Origin: the human T2T-CHM13v2.0 reference genome, Homo sapiens
Reading direction: 5' to 3' (one strand)
Assembly (NCBI RefSeq): GCF_009914755.1
Contig: NC_060947.1
Length of the DNA stretch: 64,000 nt
The position numbers and the translations under genes were made by a program. Shown piece after piece: positions 33,808 to 48,766 of the stretch (within the stretch, counting starts at the first letter, position 1; each line of letters opens with the position of its first letter). The notes under the pieces are model-generated. The model worked only from the letters and a program-made list of their open reading frames with translations, was not told the origin of the DNA and made no database searches.

Positions 33808-36156
33808 CATGAGAAAGGTAAGATGTGAACCAAAAAATCCTCTTCCCTCTCATTCTTGAGACTTTTTTTCTTTAGACTTCTGAGGGTAGAGGAAACTGAG
33901 TACAATCCCATCTCAACAGCCACAGAAATGTGTGTGGAATGGACAGGCAAATGGCAGATCCCCACCCCTCTTCTCTCCCAGCTGGGGCACAAGGCCATGT
34001 CAGCTGCATGTGTGTGTGGCATCCAATGGTCATGAAAGGTGGGAATGAGCCACTGCCCTGGGCCCTACATGGCAGGCTGGCCAGAGTTCCCCGCATACAT
34101 CCGTAGAGTCTTCCCCTCCCCCAGTCAGGGGGTCCAGCTCTATCTGACAGCAATTAAGCTTCTCTCCCCATTGGAGGAATCTATTTGCATAAGAATAAGA
34201 GGTTCTTTCCCCAGGCGTCTTTCCAACTCTGCATTTTAAGCTTTTTTTGTCCCTTTTCTGTACCCTGTCAGCAGTTACAGCACAACTGTGCAGTTTAAGC
34301 TATTTTTCTTTTCTCCATCAGATCAAGAGTTAACTTTTAAGCAATAGTTTTGTTTTACTTTTAGCAAACATTTTACCAAGCCACAACCCCAACTATCACT
34401 GTTTATTTTCTCTGTAAGGTTTTATTTATGAAAAAATATTTGTGAGGTTTGTCTTAAGCTGTAGCCAATCCGGTGTGCTTTGCATGTCTTTCTATATGGT
34501 CAGTAGCAGACTTTACTAAGGGCTTCCATCTTGTTTTACATTCTTGGGAGTGTGATCTGTAAGCACATAGCAGTGCTTTGTTTTAGCCTCCATAATTTTA
34601 CAATGGTGGCCCAGGTTCAATCCTGGCATAGGGAATGAGTTCTTTCTGGTTTGAAATCTGTGTGACCTTTGCCATTTGTTGATTCTCTGCCCCTCCATGA
34701 ACCACCTTGAATAGTCCTTTTTCTGAGCTTTTAGTAAAGTTTGAAAGACAGAAATATTGGCTGCTTGGCACAGCTAAAGTGGGGGTAACAAGGGATTTAA
34801 AAGGATTTTCTTAAAGAGCACTCAGCTTAATTAAAAATTAATATCCAAGTTATAGGCCTAATTAATAGACCTTTATGTTTTTCTCTTCTTGGATCTTGTT
34901 TTTTTGGAAAAAGGCTTTTACTCAGTTGACTGAATTATTTTTCTCCATTTTGCCTTGCCACTCTTAATACAAGCCTGAGAGGGAAGAGACCTCTGTTTTC
35001 CTTATGGAGCCCCAGGAATTAAAGGCAGATAAATCCCTTTCAAAATCTGTTTTTGTCTTCCAGCTATACCTATTTATTATACCATAGAAACCATAGGATT
35101 TCCTGGTCTTGCCCTTAAAGGGCTCCACCCAAAGGCCAATAATCCAATTAGGAGTTTGGCAAATGAAAACTCTTATAGCTACTGGATTCTTTTCTGCCTC
35201 ACCGTGTAGTTATATAAGTGTTGTGTGTGTAATGTCTATAAAAAAAGATCTCTGATTAATTAACTTCAAGAAATAAGCACTTGCATCAAATATTTTCAAA
35301 AGAGAAGATAAAAGCTGTTGTACCTTTTAGTTCATGTGACTTTATTCTTTGATTAAAAAAAAAAAAGCCTTAAAAATTACTGGTAAAGTGCAAATGTAGT
35401 CAAAATGTAAATTTTTGCCTAGGATTAAGAGATTGTTTTAAATTAGATAAGTAAAGCTAAAAGTTCAAACAAGTTGTGGAAGGATTGTAAAAATTATACT
35501 TGCAAAAGAAATTCTTCATCTGAACATATTGGCTAAATTCAAAAGGGTATTAAGTGGGGTTTTTTTTTGTAAATTGATCATTGAAATAAAAGCACAACAA
35601 GGTACTTAAGGCATTAATCTGTTCTTCAGTGATATTTTTAAAAGTTTATAAAAGGTTTTTGCCTTTTTAAATGTCTGAGTCATCATTTTGGCAAAATAAA
35701 TAATTTATGGTAATCTGTAATTCCATTTCATAACATCAAGTGTTTTAAATCTCCAACATTTAACAGGTTTCTAAAAATCAAACTTCAGTTTAAAAATTGT
35801 CTTTCGTGATGCCTGGCTTTTGGATGCTACAGAGGGCCCCTGGAGCATCCAGAAGGAAGGTAAACAGGATTAGTTAACATGTCTAGGTATCTGGGATTGC
35901 CAAAATAATGTTTAATCTTCAGGTTATATTTTAGGGAATAATATTAATATATGCTCTAAAATTGTTTGGAATGTCTAAAATTCTAATGTCTGAGTATATG
36001 CTATCAATCACAATCAAGGTTATGTTAAGTTATTGTAAACCAAGGAGATAATAAAATTTCTCTGTCAATCATGTTTCTGACTGTATTCATGGACAATTGT
36101 TGTCTTGTGTTAATCCTTTTCAAAATATGGTTTATAATCAACTATAGAAATTTTGA

Positions 36157-36590
<434 letters not shown>

Positions 36591-39500
36591 TTAACTGAAT
36601 GGACTGAATGAATAGACAACTGAAATAATTTTTTGAACTTTTTCTTGGAACATTATTGATTCTTGTTTTGTTTTTCAGAGTCAAATTTTTAGCTACTTAC
36701 AGCATTTAATAATTCAGTAACGTATACTTCTGTGAATAAAATTTTAAGTATATTTGTCTCTCTCATTCTTCCTGGCTTCTCCAGAATCTGGAAACTAATT
36801 GTGAGTATTTTAACTTATGGCAATATAGTTGTTTGCCTCCGTGCATTAAGAGTCTGTTTTCTTCTTCAACAGGATGCAATTGGAGAAACTGGCTGTTTTA
36901 CCAAGGCTTTGACTGGAAGGGTATGCTTCCCTTTAAGGAATCAAGCTTGACTTGCAGAGCTGACAAAAACTCCTTGGGAAAACTGGCCTCATATCTTGTC
37001 TATACTGTCCTTGTACAGGGTTCCTAATCTGCAGCGAGTAAAGAATGTTATTTTCTAACAGGCCCAGGAACATCATGTTCTCGGGGCCTCAAAAACAGAG
37101 GAGTTTACTCAACTCACAGGTACTTGAAGGTACAAACCCATGGCTGGGCTGGGCTTTAGAAAGTCCTATCTGAGATTCCAGGTGGAGCAAAGTGTTATCA
37201 AAGTCAACCTAAAAGTCCTATGTAAAAATAATTATTCTTGCTGCACTTTATGCAAATAATCAGGCCAAGTATAAGACTAAATCCTGTTTTGCAAACAACT
37301 CAGTCCTATCACGATTTGTTTTTAATGAAAATGAGGACTGGAGAAAGAGAACTTATGTTTCAAAATTTGTCATACATTTGTCATTAAAGCCTAGACTCAT
37401 TAGTTGTTTTTAAGTTTTTTCCTACATTTTAGACTAACCTTGCTTATTTATGTAAACCAACCAGCAATCTCTGGCTACAGCTCAAAAGGAAGAAAAAAGG
37501 ATGGGTAATGTAAAAATATGGATTAATATTCTAGTTCTGAGCAATTATCTGCAGATCCTGCCAGGTGATGGAAATAAATAGGATGCCTATCACCTGGAGG
37601 TTTCCTTATTGGGTAAGTAAAACCAAGGGAGCTAACCAAACCCAAGCACCATGCACCCAAATCTTGGCAAGTATAACTATAGCCACAAGTTATCTGGGCA
37701 TGCCACAAAACATTCTTTTCTCTTTCTAATTGGAGAAATTCTGCAGCTTCACCTTAGCAGTTGGCTTATAATAAGGAGCCCATGAAAGCCCCCATGAGAC
37801 ACATTTTTTTTTGTCCTAAACTGAATTCTAAGCTTCAGGTCAAAGTCCTAGAAAAGAAAGCTGGATCTGAGGAATCTAGAGGCAGACAATAATGGAAGTT
37901 AAAAGGCAGAGTGCAGGTGAGCATGACTGATTCCTGCTGATTAACTCAAGTTTCTTGTTTCATGGATAAAGGTCATGGTAGTATCCACAGCATAAATGAG
38001 GTCTAGCAAATTTGAAGGCATCTGACAGCAGGGTATATAGGACGTACATGGGTAAGAGTGAATATGCCCAACCCCTAGGCACCCCTGTTAACATGGGTGA
38101 AAGCTGCTTTAACACACATGGCCAGAACCCTGTCATGGTCACCGGGAATTGGGGATGTAAGAACAAGAAGACAGAAAAACACCTCACTTTCTCTCACTCA
38201 CATATGCTGGATATTCACTAGGAAGAGAAGGGAAACTGGGACACTTTGCTTCCTTCTTTCTAAATGAGTAGCCATTCATCTTTAGTCTGTACCTCCTTCA
38301 AATGCATCCTGAACCCCTGGGGCTCCTTTGAAAAATGGCTTCTTTTTTTCTTTCTTTTTTTTTTTTTCCTCCTCCGTCCTCTCTTCACTGATAGGTAAGT
38401 GTGTCTCTGTACTGTGGGACACTCCCTTTGGATACATCCTTCAAGCTGGGAAAAGTTAATTTTCCAGACCTTAAACTGGTTGGCTTAGGATTGGGCTCAG
38501 GGGAAGGGAAACCAGAAGCCTGACATGCCAGCAAAAGGCTAAAAATTTTTTTACCAGTTGGGCTTTTGGCCTCCCTCTCTCTGTGCAAACCAGTAAAGGC
38601 CTCAGGATTTTTGAGCTGTCCTTACTGCCCCCCCTTTTAAAGTTTCATTTAAATACATGTTTTCTAATAACCTCGTTTGTCTGTTCTCACCTTTAGGCCA
38701 TCAAACTCCAAATGGTCATGCAACTGGAGCCTTGAATTATGGCCCCTTTTGCCAGAGACCCTTAGATAGGCCTTGGAGGCAGATTGGACTGCTGTTTTTC
38801 AAAAGCAGCACCCTCTGTCAGCAGAAAGCAGTTAAGATTGGTTTTCATCCGCATCATTATCCTTATTCTAATGGCACTTAGATGTACTTATTTAGAGGGG
38901 GAATAATAGACACAAGAGGCAGAGAAGGGAGGTCACTGGAGAATCTCCAATCCACTCCACCAGTGTTTGTATCGTACGCTTTTGTGCAGATGAGGGAACC
39001 TGCCTGTAGTTTTCTCTGTGCATGCCTGCAATGGACTGGGGACCAATCTGTGCACTGGGAGGATGGGGTAGAATCATGGGAAGTTCATGCTTTGTGCAGT
39101 GGGGAGCAGCCTGACCTCTTCAGCTCATGTGTGGTGGTCTGGTGTTTAATATGTGAAGTGGGAGCCTATTGGCAGGACTTTCACTTTGCTGAGAATTTTT
39201 CTTTTTTTTCCTTTTTACCCAATAAATTCTGCTCTCCTCATCCTTCAATGTGTCCATGTGACTAATTTTTCCTCATCATGATAAAAGAACCTCAATTTAG
39301 CTGAACTAAGCAGCAAAAACTCTGCATCAATACCATTGAAATACAGATCATGTGCAGTGAGATTGTAAATGAAAAAGGTTTGTTGGTTTTGGCAGAGACT
39401 GAATTACTTGTCCTTGTGCCCAAGCATAAACTAGAGAACATTGTCTGAACCATCTTGGCAATAACCACGGCCATAGGTTAGTGTCACATAGCCAAAATGT

Positions 39501-40499
39501 CCCATTTGGAAATAGCTAATAAATACCTGGCTGCTGTACCCAATCAGTGGCATGCCAGTCAGTGTATTATAATATAATAATGAGATAACAAAGTTCTCCA
39601 GGTATTCACCCCATATCTCTTGAAGTGTTTTGGCAATTGGCCCTTGGTGTAGTTTCTTTGTTCCCCAGCATAAAGAAGCATTTTGGCCGAGTTTGCCAAA
39701 TGAAGGGGTGAGCCAGATGAACCGATTCCAAAGTTTCATTATGCCATTTTGAAAATGGGCCATTGTTTGAGGTGCAGCATGGTTATTTCCTTCTCTTTTT
39801 GCTAGCAGTGTTGCTAAAGTTAGAGTTAGTGAACTTAACCTTTCTGTTGAGAAACTTTTTCCATAGGCCTTGCTCTTAAGAATGTTTTGAATGGGCAATT
39901 ATATACACCATCTTTTCTTATATTAGCCACTAAGGATACCAGACCATTTCTGTGATATAATAACTTTATGGTATTTTATCCAGTCCTCACCTTGAAAAGG
40001 AGATGCCCACCATAGCAGGCTAGATCTACTGGAAAGAGTCATGAGTCCACATATCCAGCAGGCATCCTTTTGTAATCTGTCTGCATAATTCTGATCCCAT
40101 TGTAGAAACAGGTTTCTTTTATGGACAACAGTGGGTAGCAGTGGCAAGAATGCATAGAAACATAAGATAAGTAGAAGCAAGGTTTTGAAATTCTTTTTAA
40201 CTACTAAAAGGATATTAAATAAGAAAAGGCAAGTGCCATTTTGCATAAGATAGCAATTGCCAATATCTCTTGGACAATAATTGTAATGGCTATTATACTA
40301 TAACCATAGATGTTCTTTTGTATATAGGCCCGGTCCTGTGTCTTGGATTTAAGCAGTCCACAACATGTCATTTGATTCTCATCCTGGATAGAATATCAGT
40401 GTTTAGTAAATTGGAGTTGAAGATCTTTGCTGAAAGTTACAGTCCACTCAGGAGATTTAGCCTTTTTAAGATGAGAGCAGTGATTCCATGAGCCTATAC

Positions 40500-43400
40500 C
40501 CACTATTTTCGTGGCACATGGATTAGTCAATAGTGTCTGGTATGGGCCCTTCCATTGGGGTTGAAGGGAGTCCTTTATTAAATGTTTTTTTTCTAAAAGC
40601 CAAGGTCTCCATGCTACTGATTATGACCAGGTACCCTGTCTTCAGATAGTCAACTGTGAAAGGAATTGACAAATTCAAATAAGCCAAATCTTGGCTTTTT
40701 AAAAAACTATGATGAATGACTCCCTTACAATATTGCAATATATATACCTCCATTTTAAAAAGTTGGGTTGGTTATTTTGCTTCCCATACACAAAGGCCTT
40801 CCCCTTATAATTTCATAAGAGGATCGCTGATGTTTTCTAAAAGGGGTGGATTGGAATATAAGCAGCACCGCAGGGAGTGCTTTGGGCCAGGGGAGGTGAA
40901 ATGCCTCTATGAACTTAGCCAGTTGTGTTTTAATTATTCCATTGGTCCTTTCCACCAGCCATGAGGACTGGGATAAAGGCACAATGAAAGTGTTAAAATA
41001 CGGACCCAATTTTACAAATATTTTGAATAATCTTGCCCGTAAAACTTCACAGTAACACTGTGAAGTTTACAGAGGACTCCCCATAATGGAATAACTTTTT
41101 TCTAATAGAATTTTCTAACTGTCATTATTGTTGCTTGCCTGCAGGGAAAATCTTCAACCTGATGGGAAAATATGCAGACCATTACTAAAACATATCTGTA
41201 ACCCTGAGATAATGTCAGCTGAGTAAAATCAAGCTGCCATACCTCAAAAGGTCAGCTGGAAGAGGAAAATGACCCTGGGCCCCATGGAGGAAATTCCATG
41301 GGTTATATCTGGGAAAACTAACACATTGGGAGTAAACATTTTGTGCTGTCATAGAGGATGGTTTTCAGTAATATTGTTTACACCAGGATATAATTTTATA
41401 TGGATTCCAAAGGGTCAGATTATGAACATATTTCATAAGGGGCACTTGACATCCCATTGGAATAATGTGGTTATTATTAGGTCTATACTGTATTTCAGTT
41501 TCAGTTTTCAGTAATATTGTTTACACCAGAATATCATTTTATATGGATTCCAATGGGTCAGATTATGAACATATTCCATAAGGGGCATTTGACATCCCAT
41601 TGGAGTAATGGGATTATTATTAGGTCTACACCATATTTCAGTTTCAGAAGATAGGCTTCCTTCTGTTTCCAAGTAGATATCTCTTTAGTTGGGGCAATGC
41701 TTTGAGTTTCCTTCAACATGTTCTTAACTGCTTTCGATTTTATGGCCATTTCCCAGATTGAGACTGGTGGCTCGAATGCTGCTCTTTCAGGTTAGCTTCA
41801 GTAAATTGGTTACCCCAACTTTCAGTGATGTCCAATTTAGAGTGACCTGGGATTTTTAGAATTGCCAAAAGTCTGGGTTTAGAATAGTTCCTAACAGCTC
41901 TGATACTGATACTTGTTTTCTGTTTTTTTTTTTAATGGGTTTTCTTTAGGTTAAATATTCCCTCTTCTTCCATAGCATCTGATTGTCATGAGCAACCCCA
42001 AATGCATAGCGACAGTCAGTGGATATGTTCTCAGCCTTGTCTTTTGCCAATTGACAAGCTCAGGTCAGGGCTGTCAATTTGGTAATTTGAGCTGATCTCG
42101 CTTAGGAAAGATGACTGGCTTTGAATTACCTCTAGTAAGAAAACCGTAGCATATCCTGTTCTAAAATTTCCATGCTCTTCTCTTAAATAAGACCCATTTA
42201 TAGATAGATACCCAACCTATCACAGCTTTATCCAGTAGCATCTCCTGTAGGTCTGTCTTTGGGGTAGGAAGTTGGGCAGTCATAAGAACACAGTCATGAG
42301 AGGTTTTGTCAAAAGGGCCCAGCAAGAGAGTGCCCAGATTAAGATTGTTACAGAAGGAAATGGTAATATTTGGAGATGAAAAATGAAACTTTATAAGAGG
42401 CCAGCTAGCTGGCAGACAGGCTTTGAATATGATGAAACTTTAGAAGGGTTTTCTTTAATTGTTGTACAGTTGATTGTCTCTCTGGAGTCCACATGATGGA
42501 GTCAGATTGTTCATTTTTATAGGTATGCATACAAAGGTTGAGCCATAAGAGAGAAATGCAGAATCTAATTCCTGCAGTAGCCAGCCAGTTCCAAAAATTC
42601 TCTAAGTTGTTTTTCAGTAATAGGTATTGGAAAACATTAAATTTCTTTCACTCTATCAGGGTTAATACTAAGTCCTTTCACTGAGATAATATGCCCCAAA
42701 TACTTAACTTGTGGCAGGCATAGCTGAAGTCTGTCTTTAGACGCTTTGTATCTCTCGGTGGCTGTTTGAGTAAATCTAGATATCTTCCTGAAAAGTAGAT
42801 ATGTGTCTGAACAAGTGAGAAGGTCATCCACATGCTGGATGACTGTTGCACCCTGGGGAAAAAAAATAAATCCTGTAAATCAGCCTTTAATATTTGAGAA
42901 AAATAAGTGGTATTTTCTGCATACCCTTGGGGATTTACAGTCCACGTATATTGTCATTCTTTCCAGGTAAAGGCAAGCAAATATTGGCTCTCTGGATCTA
43001 CAGGAATTCTAAAGGAGGCATTGCAGAGATCCATAACAGAAATGTTGGCTGGCAGTCAGTACAGCTGATAGAAGGGTATGAGGATTGGGGACTACTGGGT
43101 GTCTGGGTATTATGATATTGTTTACTGCCCTCAAGTCCTGTATGAATTATCATCCTCTCCCACTTGTTTTGTTTTTGTTTTACAGAGAATATAGGGCTTT
43201 TTCAGGGACAAGTACAAAGAATAATGAGCCCCCTTTTGAGTTAATATTGTATGATGGGGCAATTCCATCTATGGCTTTCTGTCACAGAGGATATTGTTTA
43301 CAGTTGGGTAGTGGTTTATTAGAGTGTATCTCAACCTTTATTGGTGTGCTTGAGAATATTTTCTTTATGTCTGTATTTGACTGGGATGGTATACTCTTAA

Positions 43401-43980
43401 GCAAATGCTCTGCTTCTGAAGTTAACAGAAAGATTGGGGAGGCTAAAATAAATTTACCATTCTCTGCCCTTTATTCCAATGTTCTCTCTTCTCCTGTAAT
43501 ATTTTATTTTCTGTTTCTATTTCATATTCCCAGTCACAAGGTAGTGTTTTAACATCATTAGTACTAAATCCTGGTACATTATCTGGATGTTTTTTAATTT
43601 GGAATTTTTTATCTCCTGTCTCGAATTCTTAAAAAAAGTTTATCGTTTGATGAAAAAGAGATATGGGCATTATGGATCTTGAGGATATCATAGCCCAGAA
43701 CATTGATGAAGGTCCCACAGTTTATTAGAAACACATGGGACAAACTAAGTGTGTCACATTTAGAGCCTTCAAGGGGAAAGCTCAATCCAATTAAAGTGTA
43801 AGTTATAGATATGGACTTAAAACATGAGATAGTTTGATCAGACACATCAACCATGTTAAACCTTTTATCACTCTGTGAAATGGGGTTTCTAAATAAGGTA
43901 CGATTTATAAAAGTTATAGTTGCTCCCATGTCAATTAAGGCAGATGAACACTCATGGTTTATTATATTAATCTCTCTCAA
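40500..43980 (-). pseudogene. Retroviral pro-pol remnants (protease, RT, RNase H, integrase)
   Basis: Protease motif ALIDMGAT (43609-43980); RT IQHVDDLL...QVKYLGH (42637-42840); integrase VERTNGIIKTQLAK...WPKALP (40755-41009). Many stops and frameshifts. Confidence 0.88.
41362..41647. repeat. 143-bp tandem duplication inside pol
   Basis: 41362-41504 and 41505-41647 both run TTTTCAGTAATATTGTTTACACCAG...TATTTCAGTTTCAG, with about 11 substitutions by eye. Confidence 0.92.
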
Positions 43981-43999
43981 TTTGTCAGGGTAGAATATT

Positions 44000-46900
44000 T
44001 GCAGAGATGAAACCCTTTAACTTTCTCAGAGCACCCCTAGTCTTCCTGAGTTGCACCTTCCTGCTGTTGCTTCCATTTCAGTCTCAGGCAGTCCCTTCTG
44101 AGGTACAGCAGTAACAGACTGGAAAGGAAGAGTCCTCAGATTAAGAGGGCTTAATATTTTTTTGAGGCTGAGAGGTTAGAGAAGTTAATTGCTTTAACTG
44201 TAAATGCATGATTCAAACAGTCTTTTGGTTTTCCTTTTTTATCATAGTACGAGATAATTGGTCAGCTAAGTTAACTAGTTCATTAGTTCTGGTTGTGCCC
44301 CACTTTGTCATATGGCATTTTACAAGGCTAGCTAAATTGTCTTCTAATCTGTTTAAGAAACTTGTGTTTAATAATGTATCATTTTTATTATTTTCAAAGC
44401 AATCAGTTGACATCCCACAATATTGTCTCAAAGTTTTATTAAAATGTGTACAATAAACTAAAGCTGATTCACTTGGGTTCTGGCAACATTACTGGATTTT
44501 ATTCCAACCCACAACTCTTTAGAATAATGATAGAATGATATTTAACAGAGCAGTCACTCATTTCCATGTATCTTTGTGCTTGTCTTCTGGATGTTTGGGG
44601 GCTGGTTATTGTGGCACTATTGGGCCTTCAGGGACTAAGTGAGCTATAGGGCTTGACTGGTGTGCTTTTTCTAGCTGTTTCTTAGTATTAATTCTGAGAC
44701 CAAAATGCAGAACAGCTGCTAAAGGTCTGAATGACATAGGTCACAGGTTCTGGTAATGAGACCAGGGTTGATAGACAATCAATGAGGTTTCCTTACCTGC
44801 ACCAGTTGTTCCTGAAAAAGAATAATCATATAAGATGTTCTTGCAGGGTCCCCCTTTCCTTCATCTTCCAGATGAGAAGTTGCCAGCAGGGATATCAGGG
44901 AATAGGCAGGAGGTAGAGTCTTGGAAGTTAGTCTCTCTTCTGACTTCTGTTGAGTGAGTGGCAGACAGAGGGAAAGATGGTAGCTTGGAACAAGCAGGAG
45001 AAAGAGAAAAGAGATCTGGTCAAGGAAGTTCAGAAAGATCAGAGTAAAGTGAGGGTGGAGGTGGAGGTGTGGGGGGCACCAAATGGGAAGTAAGAAATTC
45101 TGAGAATTTTCAAATAGACACAATAAAACATAATAAAAAAGATATCCCCACTGACCTCACAGAAATACAAACAACAATCAGAAAATACTATAAACAGCTC
45201 TATGCAAATAAATTAGAAAATCTAGAAGAAATGGATAAATTCCTGGACACATACACCCCCCAAGACTGAAGCAGAAAGAATTTGAATCCCTGAATAGACC
45301 AATAACAAGTTCTAAAATGGAGGCAGTAATGAGTAGCCTACCAACAACAACAACAAAAAGAGGCCCAGGAGCAGACAAATTTACAACTGAATTCTACCAG
45401 AGGTACAAAGAGGAACTGGTACCATTTCCTCTAAAACTATTTCAAACAGTTGAAAAGGAGGGAATCTTTCCTAACTCATTTTATGAGGCCAGCATTATCC
45501 TGATACCAGAACCTGGCAGAGATATAACGAATAAAGGATACTTCAGGCCATTATGCATGATGGACATTGATTCAAAAATCTTCAATAAAATGCAGGCAAA
45601 CCAAATCCAGCAGCAAATCAAAGAGCTTATCCACCACAATCCAGTCGGCTTCTTCTGTGGGATGCAAGCTGGTGCAACATACACAAATCAATGAATGTAA
45701 TTCATCACATAAACAGAACTGAAGTCTAAAATTACATGATTATCTCAATAGATGTAGAAAAAACATTTGATAAAAAATTCAACATCCCTTCATGTTAAAA
45801 ACTCTCAATAAACTAAGTATTGATGGAACATATTTCAAAATAATAAGAGCCATTTATGACAAACCAATAGCCAGTATCATACTGAATGTGCAAAAGCTGG
45901 AAGCATTGCCTTTGAAAACTAGCACAAGACAAGGATCCCCTCTCTCACCACTCCTATTTAAAATGGTATTGAAAATTCTGGCCAGGGCAATCAGGCAAGA
46001 GAAGGAAATAAATAGTATTCAAATAGGAAGAAAGAAAGTAAAATTTTCTCTTTTTGCAGATGACATAATCCTGTATCTAGACAATCCCATCAACCCAGCC
46101 CAAATCCTTCTTAAACTAATAAGGAACTTCAGCAAAGTCTCAGGATACAAAATCAATGTGCAAAAATTACAAGTATTCCTATACACCAACAATAGACCAG
46201 CAGAGAGCTATATCATGAATCAAGTCCCATTCAGAATTGCCACAAAGAAAATAAGATACAAATACAGATAACAAGGAAAGTGAAAAACCTCTTCAAGGAG
46301 ACCTACAAACCACTACTCAAGGAAATCAGAGAGGACACAAACCAAACATTTTATGCTCATGGATAGGAAGAATCAATATCATGCAAATGGACATACTGTC
46401 CAAAGTAGTTTATAGATTCAATGGTAATCTCATTAAACTAACATTGACATTCTTCATAGGATCAGAAACAAATTAATTTAAAATTTATATGGAACCAAAA
46501 GAGAGCCTGTATAGCCAAAACAATCTTAACCAAAAAGAACAAAGCTGGAGGCATCACACTACTTGACTTCAAACTATACTACCCGGTTAGAGTAACCAAA
46601 ACAGCATGGTACTGGTACAAAACCAGAAACGTAGGCCAATGGAACAGAATAGAGATCTCAGAAATAAGACCACACATCTACGACCATCTGATCTTCAACA
46701 AACCTGACAGAAACAAGCAACAAGAAAATGATTTCTTAGTTAATAAATAGGGCTGGGAAAACTGGCTAGCCATATGCAGAAAATTGAAACTGGACCCCTT
46801 CCTTACATCTTATACAAAAATTAACTCAAGATAAATCAAAGACTTAAACTTACAAACCAAAACTATAAAAACTCTAGAAGAAAATCGAGGCAATACCATT

Positions 46901-48620
46901 CAGGAAATAGGTACAGCCACGTATTTTATGATGAAAATGTCAAAAGCAATTGCAACAAAAGCAAAAATTGACAAATGGAATCTAATTAAACTAAAGAGCT
47001 CCTGCACAGCAAAAGGAACTATCATCAGAGCAAAGAGAAAGCCTACAGAATGGGAAAAAAATTTTGCAATCTATCCATCTGGCAAAGGTCTAATATCCAG
47101 AGTCTACAAGAAACCTAAACAAATTTACAAGGAAAATACAACCCCATCAAAAAGTAGGCAAAGGTCATGAACAGACCCTTCTCAGAACAACACATTTATG
47201 CATTCAAGAAACATATTATAAAAAGCTCAACCTCACTGATCATTAGAGAAATGCAAATCAAAACCATGATGAGATACCATGTCATGCCAGTCAGAATGGC
47301 CATTGTCAAAAAGCCAAAAAAAAACCGATGCTGGTGAGGCTGTGGCGATATCGAAATGCTTTTACCCGGTTGGTGGGAATGTAAATTAGTTTAGCCAGTG
47401 TGGAAGATAGTGTGGTGCTTTCTTAAAGACCTAAAACCAGAAATACCATTTAACCTAGCAGTCCTATTACTGGGTATATACCCAAAGGAATATAAATCAT
47501 TCAATTGTGAAAATACATGCACATGTATGTTCATTGCAACACTATTCACAATAGCAAAGACATAGAATCAACACAAATGCCAATCAATAGACTGGTAAAA
47601 AAAATGTGGTACATATGCAGATGCAGATGACCTAATCCTATATCTAGAAAATCCCACCGACTCAGCCCAAAAGCTTCTTAAACTAATAAGGAACTTCAGC
47701 AAAGTCTCAAGATACAAAATCAATGTGCAAAAATTACAAGTATTCCTATACACCAACAATAGACAAGCAGAGAGCCAAACCATGAATTAACTCCCATTCA
47801 TATATACACCATGGAATACTATGGAATACCACGGAATACCATGCAGCCATAAAAAGGAACAAGATCATGTCCTTTGCAGAAACATGCATGGAACTGGAAG
47901 CCATTATCCTCAGCAAGCTAACACAGGAGCAGAAAACCAAACACTGCATATTCTCACTTATAAGTGGGAGCTGAACAATGAGAACACATGGACACAGGGA
48001 AGGGAATGACACACACTGGTGCCTGCTGGGAGGGTGGGGGAAGGCAGAACATCAGGACAAATAGCTAATGCATGCTGGGCTTAATATCTAGGTGATGGGT
48101 TGATAGGTGCACCAAATCGCCATGGCACAAATTTACCTATGTAACAAAAGTGCACATCCTGCACTTGTGTCCTGGAACTTAAAAAAAAAAAAATTAAATT
48201 AGAAAAAAAGGAAATTCTGAAGATTTCTTTTAGAGAGATAAAACATTTGAGAGTTATTGGTTGGCATTTCTAAGTTGTTTGTTGGCCTCTTGATGATGAG
48301 GCGGTCTTTCTCCCCCGTTTTTTGCTACTCTATAGGTACCATTGAAAGTAGTTCTCACATTTTGTTTGTTTAGCTTTTGTGTCAGCATTTTCCATTCTAG
48401 TTCTCAGGTACACTTATCTGGGCATCTCAAAAAAATCCTCATCTAGGCCATTATAACTTAGGATCTGCTTTGGTTATGTTATAATGGTCTACTTAATTAA
48501 ATATTTACATGACAATTCACCAGAAGTATTTTGCATATATCCTACCAGAGTTTCTAAGAGCGGAACTTTATGTTTCCAAGATGCAGGGGTTTTAGCTAGC
48601 TTAGAGGCCCAGTTCTCCAT
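44000..48620 (-). pseudogene. Retroviral gag remnants split by an L1 insertion (about 44000-45103 and 48221-48620)
   Basis: Lies upstream of protease. Capsid-like fragment LLNTSFLNRL...ELVNLADQL (44213-44431), Pro-rich PPHLHLHP region at the L1 junction, possible start ATG at 48620. Confidence 0.6.
45104..48208 (+). mobile_element. 5'-truncated LINE-1, L1PA10/11-like, inserted in gag
   Basis: ORF2 fragments ([10 protein letters not shown] in 45792-46271), 3'UTR GAACATCAGGACAAATAGCTAATGCATGCTGGGCTTAAT and a poly(A) tail. TSD AAGAAATTCTGA 45092-45103 / AGGAAATTCTGA 48209-48220. Confidence 0.9.
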
Positions 48621-48766
48621 AATTTAGAGTTCTCCTTCAGATTTGACCAAGTCAGGGAGTGTGTTGGGCCCAAAGTGTGCTGCTTGCAGACCTAGCTTTT
48701 TACGGCCATTACTCCCTGAACTTGTTTTGTCCACCCATGTTGCAGCTACCTGGCACAGTGTATCAG

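Noticed and set aside
34608-34635. tRNA-like sequences as real tRNA genes (also 53057-53084 and 59493-59549)
   Set aside because: Incomplete and heavily substituted, with no intact acceptor stem or D-arm. Reported only as relics.
39431-40246. env fragments as a domesticated syncytin-like gene
   Set aside because: SU is frameshifted, TM is separated by a 6-kb insertion, CX6CC has lost a Cys, and the membrane anchor is deleted.
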